Program-made: the position numbers and the translations under genes | In this document: positions 17,841-25,611 of the stretch, piece by piece | How positions within the stretch are numbered: position 1 is the stretch's first letter | How the letters are laid out: the number at the start of each line of letters is the position of its first letter | DNA from: Solirubrobacterales bacterium | Lineage (GTDB): Bacteria; Actinomycetota; Thermoleophilia; Solirubrobacterales; JBBDJG01 | Length of the DNA stretch: 64,000 bases | Reading direction: 5' to 3' | NCBI GenBank assembly: GCA_038326655.1 | Contig: JBBQKG010000002.1 | Span: forward strand, 31,797-95,796 | The notes under the pieces: generated by a model | What the model was told of the DNA's origin: nothing | Database searches by the model: none | The model's input: the letters and a program-made list of their open reading frames with translations, nothing else

Positions 17841-18349
17841 ATGATGAGCGCGTCCTCGTTGTTGTCGTGGTAGTACCGGCGCCGCACGCCCGCACCGCGG
17901 AACCCGAACGACTCGTACATCCCGATCGCCTCCGAGTTCGAGACGCGCACCTCGAGCGTGTAGCGCTCGTCTTCGCCGGCCGTCCCGAGCAGGTGCTGGA
18001 GCATCTGGGAGCCGATGCCGAGGCGCCGCCGGTCGAGATCGACGGCGATGTTCATCAGATGCCAGACGGTGTGGTAGCGCGAGCAAACCAGGTATCCGGC
18101 GAGCTCGCCGTCGCAGACCGCTCCCATGCAGATGCTGGTCGGCTTCGAGACCTCGAGCACGAACATCGCGAGCGACCACGGCGCCGGGAAGGCGCGGCGC
18201 TCGATCGCGATCACGTCGGGCAGGTCGCCGTAGGCGAGCCGGCGGACCTCGACCGGCAAGCGCTGCGTGGAGCGCTCGGGCAGGCGAGCATGTCGCGCAC
18301 GCGCCCGTCCTGTGCCGGTTTCAATCGTTGCGCCTGTTGATCTCTGCAT
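17819..18349 (-). CDS. rimI: ribosomal-protein-alanine N-acetyltransferase RimI
   Basis: GNAT core (IERRAFPAPWS, RRRLGIGSQMLQHLL). The start is uncertain: ATG 18349 overlaps tsaB by 29 nt, while the alternative TTG 18259 gives 147 aa. Confidence 0.8.
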   Translation of the reverse strand: MQRSTGATIETGTGRARARHARLPERSTQRLPVEVRRLAYGDLPDVIAIERRAFPAPWSLAMFVLEVSKPTSICMGAVCDGELAGYLVCSRYHTVWHLMNIAVDLDRRRLGIGSQMLQHLLGTAGEDERYTLEVRVSNSEAIGMYESFGFRGAGVRRRYYHDNNEDALIMWRTREA

Positions 18350-19028
18350 CCGGGAGCCTCACGTACACCGGTGTGACCCTGTCGGGCGGCATCGGGTCGA
18401 CGGTCTCCGCCAGGCGGCACACATGCAGGGCGTTCACGGCGTGAAGCCCGGAGTCCGCCGGCGGGACGATCGCCCCCGCCGCCTCGAGGTCCGTGCGTGA
18501 TTCTAGCGCCCAGTCTCCCGCCGCCAATGGGGCTTCGCCGCCCTCTGCAAGCTTCGCGACCAGCTCATCGCGCCCGATCGCGAGCGGGCCCCATTCCGGC
18601 TTCGCGAGACGCCCCGGCCGGTAGAGCGCCGCAAACACCTGCCTCCGCCGCGCATCGATCAGCGGCAGCAGCGGGCACCCGGTCCGCGCCCCCTCGGCCT
18701 CCAGCCCGGCGGCCAACGCGGCGAGCGACGACACCGGCCTCACGGCGATCCCGAGCGCATGGGCGAGCGCGCGCGCCGTGGCGACGCCGATGCGCAGCCC
18801 CGTGAAGGTGCCGGGTCCGACACCGACCGCAAGCGTGCGCACGTCATCCCACCCGACGGACGCCTCGTCGAGCAGCGCGGCAAGCGCGGGCAACAGCTCC
18901 GCCGAGTGCTCCGGGGGCCCGAGCAGCCGATCCGCGCTGGGCGCGGGGGTGACGAAGGAGCGGCCGTCCGGAAGCAGCACGCACGCTGCCGTGACGGGCA
19001 TCGAGGTGTCGAACCCGACGGTCGTCAT
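18321..19028 (-). CDS. tsaB: tRNA threonylcarbamoyladenosine biosynthesis protein TsaB
   Basis: 235 aa from the ATG at 19028 (MTTVGFDTS...). ATGA overlap with the tsaE stop. GPGTFTGLRIGVATARALA motif. Confidence 0.85.
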   Translation of the reverse strand: MTTVGFDTSMPVTAACVLLPDGRSFVTPAPSADRLLGPPEHSAELLPALAALLDEASVGWDDVRTLAVGVGPGTFTGLRIGVATARALAHALGIAVRPVSSLAALAAGLEAEGARTGCPLLPLIDARRRQVFAALYRPGRLAKPEWGPLAIGRDELVAKLAEGGEAPLAAGDWALESRTDLEAAGAIVPPADSGLHAVNALHVCRLAETVDPMPPDRVTPVYVRLPDAEINRRND

Positions 19029-19486
19029 CCCGGCAGTCGCGACAGGAGGGGTGCGCCCGCCTCGACCTCGATTCGCCTCCGGTCCCCGCCCCGGTGCTCC
19101 AGCCTGACGTCGAGCGCGACCCGCTCCGGCTCGAGCAGCGGCGCGGCGGCGCCGGGCCATTCCACGAACGTGATCCCCCCTCCCCCCGGTTCCAGGTATT
19201 CCGCGAGCAGCCCCGGGTCCTCGCCCGCGAGGCTCTCGAGCCGGAAGAGGTCGAGGTGCGCGACCGGCACCCTTCCGGCGTACAGCTGCCCGATCGTGAA
19301 CGAAGGGCTCGTGACGCGGTCATGGACGCCGAGCGCCCGGCAGGCCCCGCGCACCCAGGTCGTCTTGCCCGTGCCGACGTCGCCCGAGATCAGGACCACG
19401 TCGCCCGGCGCGAGCTCGGCTGCGAGCAGCGCCGCAACCCGCTCCGTGGCGGACGCAGCGTCGGTCTCGAACGTGACGATCGGCAC
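19025..19486 (-). CDS. tsaE: tRNA threonylcarbamoyladenosine biosynthesis ATPase TsaE
   Basis: 153 aa from the GTG at 19486. Walker A GDVGTGKTT, then SPSFT and HLDLFRL motifs. The upstream part of the track ORF is low-complexity shadow. Confidence 0.85.
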   Translation of the reverse strand: MPIVTFETDAASATERVAALLAAELAPGDVVLISGDVGTGKTTWVRGACRALGVHDRVTSPSFTIGQLYAGRVPVAHLDLFRLESLAGEDPGLLAEYLEPGGGGITFVEWPGAAAPLLEPERVALDVRLEHRGGDRRRIEVEAGAPLLSRLPG

Positions 19487-19514
19487 GGCGCCGAGCTTAG
19501 GGCCTGGTGGTGGC

Positions 19515-20255
19515 CTACCCGAAGAGGCCGAGCTGGTCGGGCTCGCCGCCGACGGCGACCAGCTCGGGCTCCGGCTGAGGCTCGGGCTCCGGCTCGCGGA
19601 AGCCCGGAAGCGCCTCCGCGAGCAGCCGCGGCAGCGCCTCGAAGTCCCGGCGGAGCTGATCCAGCATCGCCGGTGTCCGCAGCGCGGCGGCGGGATGGAA
19701 GATCGGGTAGAGGAAGACCGGCCGGTCGCCGATCTCGTGCGCCTGCGCAACCCCCCGGACGCGTGTGATGCCCTGCTGGGACCCCGAGAGCAGCTTGGTC
19801 GCGAAGTTGCCGAGCGTGCAGACGACGCGTGGCTCGATCAGCTCGATCTGCGCGGTCAGGTGGCCCCGGCAGGCCTCGATCTCGGCCGGCAGCGGGTCAC
19901 GGTTCCCCGGCGGGCGGCACTTGAGCACGTTCGCGATGAAGCAGTCTGCGCGGCTGAGGCCGATCTCCTCGAGCAGCTGGTCGAGGAGCTTCCCCGCCCT
20001 GCCCACGAACGGCTTGCCCTGCTGATCCTCGTGGAAGCCAGGGGCCTCGCCCACGAACATGAGGTCGGCGTCGGCGTTCCCGGTGCCGAAGACGACCGTC
20101 GTCCTGCCGTCCGCCAATGGGCATTTCCGGCAATCCTGGAGCTCGCGATAGAGCGTGACCAGCCGCGCTCGCCTGGCCGCCGCGTCAGTGGCAGCCACAG
20201 GCGCCCCCACAGCATCCACCGCCGCCGGCCCCGGGCCTCTCGAATGCCGACGCAA
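19515..20255 (-). CDS. uracil-DNA glycosylase, family 4
   Basis: CRKCPL Fe-S cysteines, GEAPG motif, and HPAAALR (HPSxxLR-type) motif. The true start is probably an internal GTG (about 20198-20219), because the ATG start overlaps the fmdB-like gene by 71 nt. Confidence 0.85.
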   Translation of the reverse strand: MRRHSRGPGPAAVDAVGAPVAATDAAARRARLVTLYRELQDCRKCPLADGRTTVVFGTGNADADLMFVGEAPGFHEDQQGKPFVGRAGKLLDQLLEEIGLSRADCFIANVLKCRPPGNRDPLPAEIEACRGHLTAQIELIEPRVVCTLGNFATKLLSGSQQGITRVRGVAQAHEIGDRPVFLYPIFHPAAALRTPAMLDQLRRDFEALPRLLAEALPGFREPEPEPQPEPELVAVGGEPDQLGLFG

Positions 20256-20427
20256 GCCCCTCGCCCTTTGCAGCCACGGACCTGACCGCGAACGCGGACA
20301 TGAGCCGCGCCGTGTGCGGCGAGCCGCAATCAGGGCAGGGCGCGGAGGAACCAGGGGAGCCGTTGACCTTCACCAGCTCCTCGAAGCGGCGGTCGCAGCT
20401 GCGGCACTCGAACTCGTAGATCGGCAA
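20185..20427 (-). CDS. FmdB-family zinc-ribbon protein
   Basis: 80 aa. MPIYEFECRSC...CPDCG CxxC pairs and a Gly/Cys-rich tail (GGGGCCGGACGCH). Confidence 0.75.
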   Translation of the reverse strand: MPIYEFECRSCDRRFEELVKVNGSPGSSAPCPDCGSPHTARLMSAFAVRSVAAKGEGLASAFERPGAGGGGCCGGACGCH

Positions 20428-20653
20428 CTCGATGAATGATGCTAGGAACGCCTACGGATAGAACGGTAGCGTCTGACGGAGTGTCAAAACGCCCGGTTCG
20501 AAGGTATAGTTGTGATTGACGCCTGCTCCGGCCGAAGGCCGTCACCCTCGTGGGACGGACCGGAGGCGCGACGGGGACGGGCGGATCATCGGAAAACCGT
20601 CTGGTATCTCGATGCGGGAACTGGAACGGCGCGAGCGCCACACCAACGGCTTC

Positions 20654-21568
20654 ATGCCTGACTCCCAGGCCAGGGCGATCACCCTTGTCCGCACAGTCGA
20701 GGTCCTTCGCCGCACGCTCGAAGGCCCGCGCCGGCGAGGCCTCACGATCGGGCTCGTCCCCACGATGGGAGCTTTCCACGAGGGGCACCTGGGCCTGATG
20801 CGGGCCGCGCGGGCGGCATGCGACGTGGTCGTGGTCAGCCTGTTCGTGAACCCCGCGCAGTTCGCCGCCGGCGAGGACCTCGAGGCCTATCCGCGCGACG
20901 AGGGTCGCGACTTCGGGCTCGCCGAGCGCGAGGGGGTCGACGTCGTGTTCGCGCCCTCGGTGCCAGAGGTGTATCCGGACGGATTCGGCACCACGGTCGA
21001 GGTGAGCGGTCTCGCCGACGTGCTCTGCGGGGCGCCCTCGAGCCGCGGCCGCGCGCACTTCGACGGCGTCGCGACGGTGGTCGCAAAGCTCTTCGGCATG
21101 TGCACCCCCGACGTCGCCTACTTCGGTCAGAAGGACTTCCAGCAGACGCTTGTGATCAAGCGGCTGGTCCGCGACCTCGACCTGCCCGTGCGCATCGAGG
21201 TCTGCCCGACAGCGCGCGACCACGACGGTCTCGCGCTGAGCTCGCGCAACGCCTACCTCTCTCCTGTCGAGCGCGGGCGCGCGCTTGCCCTGAAGCGGGC
21301 GCTCGACGCCGCCGCCGGCGCGATCGAGCGCGGTGGCCGCCGCGAGGAGGCGCTGGGCGCCGCCCGCGAAGAGCTGGGGGCGGCCGGCGTCGCGCCCGAG
21401 TATGTCGAGCTGCTGCGCGCCACCGACCTTCGCCTGCCGGGCTGGCAACCGGGCGAGCAGATCGTGGTCGCCGTCGCAGCGACGATCGGCCGCGCACGCC
21501 TGATCGACAACGTCGTCCTGAAGCTTCCGGCACAACTGTCTGACCCCGTCGCGACCAACGTCAGCTAG
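20654..21568 (+). CDS. panC: pantoate-beta-alanine ligase
   Basis: PTMGAFHEGH motif and FVNPAQF. ATG 20654 is preferred over the longer track ORF start at 20516; ATG 20612 is also possible. Confidence 0.9.
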   Translation: MPDSQARAITLVRTVEVLRRTLEGPRRRGLTIGLVPTMGAFHEGHLGLMRAARAACDVVVVSLFVNPAQFAAGEDLEAYPRDEGRDFGLAEREGVDVVFAPSVPEVYPDGFGTTVEVSGLADVLCGAPSSRGRAHFDGVATVVAKLFGMCTPDVAYFGQKDFQQTLVIKRLVRDLDLPVRIEVCPTARDHDGLALSSRNAYLSPVERGRALALKRALDAAAGAIERGGRREEALGAAREELGAAGVAPEYVELLRATDLRLPGWQPGEQIVVAVAATIGRARLIDNVVLKLPAQLSDPVATNVS

Positions 21569-21581
21569 GAGGATCGCCGCC

Positions 21582-21968
21582 ATGCAAAGACAGATGCTCA
21601 AGTCGAAGATCCATCGAGCGACCGTCACCGACTGCAACCTGCACTACGCCGGCAGCATCACGATCGACTCCGAGCTGATGGAGGAGGCTGACCTCCTTCC
21701 CCACGAGCACGTGCACGTGCTGGACGTCGACAACGGCGGCCGCTTCGAGACGTACGTGATCGAGGGCCGCTACGGCGCGCGGGAGATGTGCGTGAACGGG
21801 GCCGCGGCGCGGCTCGTCCAGCCGGGGGACCGCGTGATCGTCGTGTCCTACGGCTCCTACTCCGAGCGCGAGCTGGCGCTCCACGAGCCCCGCGTCGTGC
21901 ACGTCGACGAGGACAACCGGATCCTACGCGTGGACGCCGACCCGGCCGCGATCGCGGCCCAACCCTAG
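21582..21968 (+). CDS. panD: aspartate 1-decarboxylase
   Basis: 128 aa. MLKSKIHRATVT...YAGSITID contains the Gly-Ser self-cleavage site. Confidence 0.95.
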   Translation: MQRQMLKSKIHRATVTDCNLHYAGSITIDSELMEEADLLPHEHVHVLDVDNGGRFETYVIEGRYGAREMCVNGAAARLVQPGDRVIVVSYGSYSERELALHEPRVVHVDEDNRILRVDADPAAIAAQP

Positions 21969-21977
21969 GAGACACCG

Positions 21978-22925
21978 ATGAGCACCGAGCCTCGCGTACC
22001 AGACGCCCCGCCCCACGACCGCCAGCCCGTCACGCTGCCGCGACTCGCGGAGATGAAGGAGCTGGGCGAGCCGATCGTGATGATCACCGCCTACGACTAT
22101 CCGAGCGCCCAGGTGGCAGAGGAGGCGGGCGTCGACGTCGTGCTCGTCGGAGACTCCGCCGCCAACGTCGTGCTCGGGTACGAGAAGACGGTGTCGATCT
22201 CACTCGAGGAGATGCTGATGCTGGCGCAGGCGGTCCGTCGCGGCGCCCGCACTCCCCTGATCGTAGGCGACCTTCCGTTCGGCTCCTACCAGGTGTCCGA
22301 CGCGCAGGCGGTCGAGTCGGCTGTGCGCTTCGTGAAGGAGGCCGGCTGCGATGCCGTGAAGATCGAGATGGCCGGCATCGCGGGCGGCCTGACCGACAAG
22401 CGCGAGAGCGTCTCGAGGGCGCGCGCGATCGTCGCCGCCGGCATCCCGGTGATGGGCCACGTCGGGCTCACGCCGCAGAGCGCATCTGCGCTGGGCGGCT
22501 TCAAGGCCCAGGGACGCACGGCCCGCCAGGCGGTGCAGGTCGCCGACGACGCGGTCGCCCTTCAGGACGCGGGCTGCTTCGCAATCGTGTTCGAGGCCGT
22601 GCCGGCGGCCGTCGCGGAGACCGTGATGGATCGGATGCGGATCCCCGTGATCGGGATCGGCGCCGGTCCTTCGACCGACGGGCAGGTGCTCGTCTTCCAT
22701 GACCTACTCGGCATGTACGACGGTCACGCACCCCGGTTCACGAAGCGATTCGCGGAGGTCCGCCAGGCCATGGTCGAGGGCGTGCAGGCATACGCGGCCG
22801 AGGTGCGCACGGGCAGGTTCCCCGCCGGTGAGCACACCTACAGCATCGATCCGGGTGAGCTCGAGCGCTTCCGCGAGATCGTCGCCCCGGGCAAGCCCTG
22901 GGACGCGGCGGACTTCATGAGTTAG
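21978..22925 (+). CDS. panB: 3-methyl-2-oxobutanoate hydroxymethyltransferase
   Basis: 315 aa. ITAYDYPSA...VLVGDSAANVVLGY...VKIE motifs. Confidence 0.95.
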   Translation: MSTEPRVPDAPPHDRQPVTLPRLAEMKELGEPIVMITAYDYPSAQVAEEAGVDVVLVGDSAANVVLGYEKTVSISLEEMLMLAQAVRRGARTPLIVGDLPFGSYQVSDAQAVESAVRFVKEAGCDAVKIEMAGIAGGLTDKRESVSRARAIVAAGIPVMGHVGLTPQSASALGGFKAQGRTARQAVQVADDAVALQDAGCFAIVFEAVPAAVAETVMDRMRIPVIGIGAGPSTDGQVLVFHDLLGMYDGHAPRFTKRFAEVRQAMVEGVQAYAAEVRTGRFPAGEHTYSIDPGELERFREIVAPGKPWDAADFMS

Positions 22926-22976
22926 ACGGGCAGCCTGATATCCGGAGCTTGAAAGCCCCGCTAGGCTTCCCGCTCC

Positions 22977-23393
22977 ATGGGTGTCCACAGCGCGCAGATC
23001 AGGGTCTCGACGGAGGGCAACGGCGATGTCATCGACATCACCAAGGGCATCCAGGAAGTGGTCGAGACCGCGGGCATCCGGGACGGCATCGTGAACGTGT
23101 TCGTGGCCCACTCGACCGCGGCCGTCACGCTGATGGAGTACGAGCCCGGTGGCGTTCGGGACATGCAGGACCTGATGGACAAGCTCGTGCCGCCCGAGGC
23201 GGAGTACAACCACAACCGCATGGCGGGTGACACCAACGCCCACTCGCACCTGCAGGCGGCGATCGTCGGGCCTTCCGAGACCGCGCCCGTGAAGGACGGG
23301 CACCTCGTCACCGGAACCTGGCAGCAGTTCGTGCTCGTCGACTTCGATGACCATCCCCGGGACCGCACGATCATGGTCCAGGTGCTGAACTGA
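22977..23393 (+). CDS. yjbQ: YjbQ / UPF0047 family protein (secondary thiamine-phosphate synthase-like)
   Basis: 138 aa. VFVAHSTAAVTLMEYEPG...NAHSHLQAAIVGPSETAPV..G.L.TGTWQQFVLVDFD matches the family pattern. Confidence 0.85.
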   Translation: MGVHSAQIRVSTEGNGDVIDITKGIQEVVETAGIRDGIVNVFVAHSTAAVTLMEYEPGGVRDMQDLMDKLVPPEAEYNHNRMAGDTNAHSHLQAAIVGPSETAPVKDGHLVTGTWQQFVLVDFDDHPRDRTIMVQVLN

Positions 23394-23896
23394 TCCCGCT
23401 CGAGACCGAGCGGCTGCGCCTGGAACCCCTAGCCGAGCAGGACCTTGCCGAAGCGCACGAGGTCTTCCAAAGCAATCCCGAATACCTCGGCTGGACGGAA
23501 GGCGGTGAGTACGGCATCGACGTGCTCCGCCAGGACTGGGAGATGGCGAGCAGCACCGCCGGCCGGGAGATGCTCGCGATCCGCGACCGCGAGGCGCGTG
23601 CGATCGTCGGCGTGATCGATTACCTCGAGTTCAACGAGCGGGACGGCCATCCGTGGATCGGGCTGCTGATGGTGCACGCCGACCGGCAGCGTGAGGGGAT
23701 CGCCGGCGAGGCGATGCTGCGGATCTGCGAGCACGTGAACCTGAGCTGGGCCTCCCCCGTGCGGATCGGCGTGATCGACCACAACCGCGCCGGCCTCGGC
23801 CTGGCGGTGTCGCTCGGCTTCCAGCCATACGGCGAGGCCGAGGAGGACCTCGGCGGCGGCCCGGTGCGACTGGTGCTGATGGAGCGGCGTTTTTGA
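23390..23896 (+). CDS. GNAT family N-acetyltransferase (RimJ/RimL-like); apparent CTG start
   Basis: The track ORF (GTG 23522, 124 aa) lacks the N-terminal third of the fold. The same frame is open from 23351 and encodes the typical LETERLRLEPLAEQDLAEAHEVF... N-terminus. Within this stretch, the only candidate start codons upstream of that motif are CTG 23390 (CTGA overlap with the yjbQ stop) and ATC 23393. Confidence 0.6.
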   Translation: MIPLETERLRLEPLAEQDLAEAHEVFQSNPEYLGWTEGGEYGIDVLRQDWEMASSTAGREMLAIRDREARAIVGVIDYLEFNERDGHPWIGLLMVHADRQREGIAGEAMLRICEHVNLSWASPVRIGVIDHNRAGLGLAVSLGFQPYGEAEEDLGGGPVRLVLMERRF

Positions 23897-23937
23897 GACC
23901 TGCCTAACTGCGGCCATCCCGTGCTTTCGAAAAAGCA

Positions 23938-24017
23938 GGCAGGTAAGGGGAGGGCAGCGATCGTCACGCGAAGCAAACGAAACTCCGATCCCTGACCCCG
24001 TACCTGCCCGTTTTTCG
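23938..24017 (+). terminator. extended imperfect hairpin closed by ggcaggta/tacctgcc, followed by a T5 tract
   Basis: Read directly: 8-bp closing stem 23938-23945 / 24001-24008, inner GGGG/CCCC and GAUCG/CGAUC pairings, then cgtttttcg. Lies between convergent genes. Confidence 0.3.
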
Positions 24018-24058
24018 AGCCTCATCCGGGGCCCGACGCACGCCCGTTCTCTTGACCT

Positions 24059-24661
24059 CTATCCCGCCCGGAACTGGATCTCGCGGATCACCTTGGCCGG
24101 GGCGCCCGCTGCGATCACGCCACCCGGCAGCTCGCCCGTGACAACGGAGTTCGCCCCCACCACGGTCCGCGCCCCGATCGTCACGCCACCGGTGACCACG
24201 CAGTTCGCGCCGAACCAGCAGTTGTCGCCGATCGTGACCGGGCCCTTGGGGCGCATCCCCTGGTGGGTCACCGGCAGGTCTGGGTCGTCGAAGCGGTGGT
24301 CGGCGTCGGTGAGGAAGCAATGGTTCGCGAACATGCAGTGGCGGCCGATCTCGATCCGCTCCGTGGCCGCGACCATGCAGCCGAGGTTCAGGATCGACCC
24401 TTCGCCGATGCGCATCGTGGCCGTCTCCGGATAGAGGGCAAACCAGCAGCCGGCCTCCACGAGCACCCATGGCTCGACCTCGGCGCGGCCCTCTTCGAGC
24501 GCCTCGAGCAGGTTGCCGACTACGGGGAACCGGACGTAGAAGTCGCCCCGCACCATGTGCGATCGCAGCCTCGCCTTGCGCCAGAGGCGTTCGTTGCGGT
24601 CGTAGTAGCGCCACTTCCACCAGAACAGGCGTGCGTGCTCCCACAACGGCCGCTCGCTCAA
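24059..24661 (-). CDS. left-handed beta-helix (hexapeptide-repeat) acyltransferase
   Basis: 200 aa. Hexapeptide repeats in the C-terminal half (IGDNCWFGANCVVTGGVTIGARTVVGANSVVTG). TTG start in a TTGA overlap with the agmatinase stop. Confidence 0.75.
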   Translation of the reverse strand: MSERPLWEHARLFWWKWRYYDRNERLWRKARLRSHMVRGDFYVRFPVVGNLLEALEEGRAEVEPWVLVEAGCWFALYPETATMRIGEGSILNLGCMVAATERIEIGRHCMFANHCFLTDADHRFDDPDLPVTHQGMRPKGPVTIGDNCWFGANCVVTGGVTIGARTVVGANSVVTGELPGGVIAAGAPAKVIREIQFRAG

Positions 24662-25611
24662 CGCCGCCTCGCGAGCGCCGCGAGCGCGAGGAACTCGTAG
24701 GCGATCGAGGCCGCCAGGATCGCCGTCGTCTGACCCGGCGAGTCGTAGGGCGGCGACACCTCGACCACGTCGAAGCCGCAGAACTCCATTCCCGCAAGCG
24801 CGCGGATCAGTGCCAGCGCCTCGTGGGGGAAGAGGCCGGCGACCTCCGGCGTGCCGGTCGCGGGCGCGAAGCCCGGATCGATCACGTCGATGTCGAAGCT
24901 GAAGAAGGCCGGCGCCTCACCGACGCGGTCGCGCACGCGTTTGGCGTAGTCGGCCGGCGCGATCCTGCGCAGCTCGTCACCCCCGATCAGCTCGAAGCCC
25001 AGCTCGCGCGCCTCGGCGAGGTCGCTCGCGGAGTAGAGCGATCCGCGCATCCCAGCGAGCACCGAGCGCTCCGGGCGCAGGAGCCCTTCCTCGACCGCCC
25101 GGCGAAAAGGCGTGCCGTGGAAGTAGCGCTCGCCGTAGTAGGCGTCCCAGGTGTCGGCGTGGGCGTCGAGCAGCACCAGCGCGACCGGACCGTGGCGGGC
25201 GGCGTGGGCGCGCAGCTCTCCGAGCGCGACCGAGTGATCGCCGCCTAGGACGATCGGGACGACACCGGCCTCGACGACCGGCGTGAGCCGCTCGGCGATC
25301 TGGCCGGCGGTGCGCTCGGCATTCCCGGGCGTGACGTCGAGGTCGCCGAGGTCCGCCACCGACAGCGCCGCGAAGACGTCCACGTCGAGCGGCGGGTGAT
25401 AGGGACGCAGCGCGACCGAGCTGCTGCGAATCGCCTCGGGGCCGAAGCGCGCGCCGGGCCGGTTGCTGGTCGCGGTGTCGAACGGGATCCCGACCACGCC
25501 CACATCGACGCCGGCTGGATCGGTCACGTGCGGGCACCGCGCAAACGTGCGAATGCCGGTATAGCGCGGTGCCTTCGAGGCGTCGGGGGGGCCGTACCGG
25601 GGAGGCATCAT
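24658..25611 (-). CDS. speB: agmatinase (ureohydrolase family)
   Basis: 317 aa. Mn-site motifs GGDHS, DAHADT and SFDIDVIDP. ATGA overlap with the upstream decarboxylase. Confidence 0.85.
   Translation of the reverse strand: MMPPRYGPPDASKAPRYTGIRTFARCPHVTDPAGVDVGVVGIPFDTATSNRPGARFGPEAIRSSSVALRPYHPPLDVDVFAALSVADLGDLDVTPGNAERTAGQIAERLTPVVEAGVVPIVLGGDHSVALGELRAHAARHGPVALVLLDAHADTWDAYYGERYFHGTPFRRAVEEGLLRPERSVLAGMRGSLYSASDLAEARELGFELIGGDELRRIAPADYAKRVRDRVGEAPAFFSFDIDVIDPGFAPATGTPEVAGLFPHEALALIRALAGMEFCGFDVVEVSPPYDSPGQTTAILAASIAYEFLALAALARRR

Noticed and set aside
20428-20653. Possible riboswitch or leader RNA in the 226-nt spacer upstream of panC
   Set aside because: I see only a short hairpin (cggcc-gaa-ggccg) and in-frame upstream ATG/GTG codons. 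It has no resemblance to any riboswitch class I know. The spacer also has to hold the divergent fmdB-like promoter. A covariance-model scan would be needed to say more.
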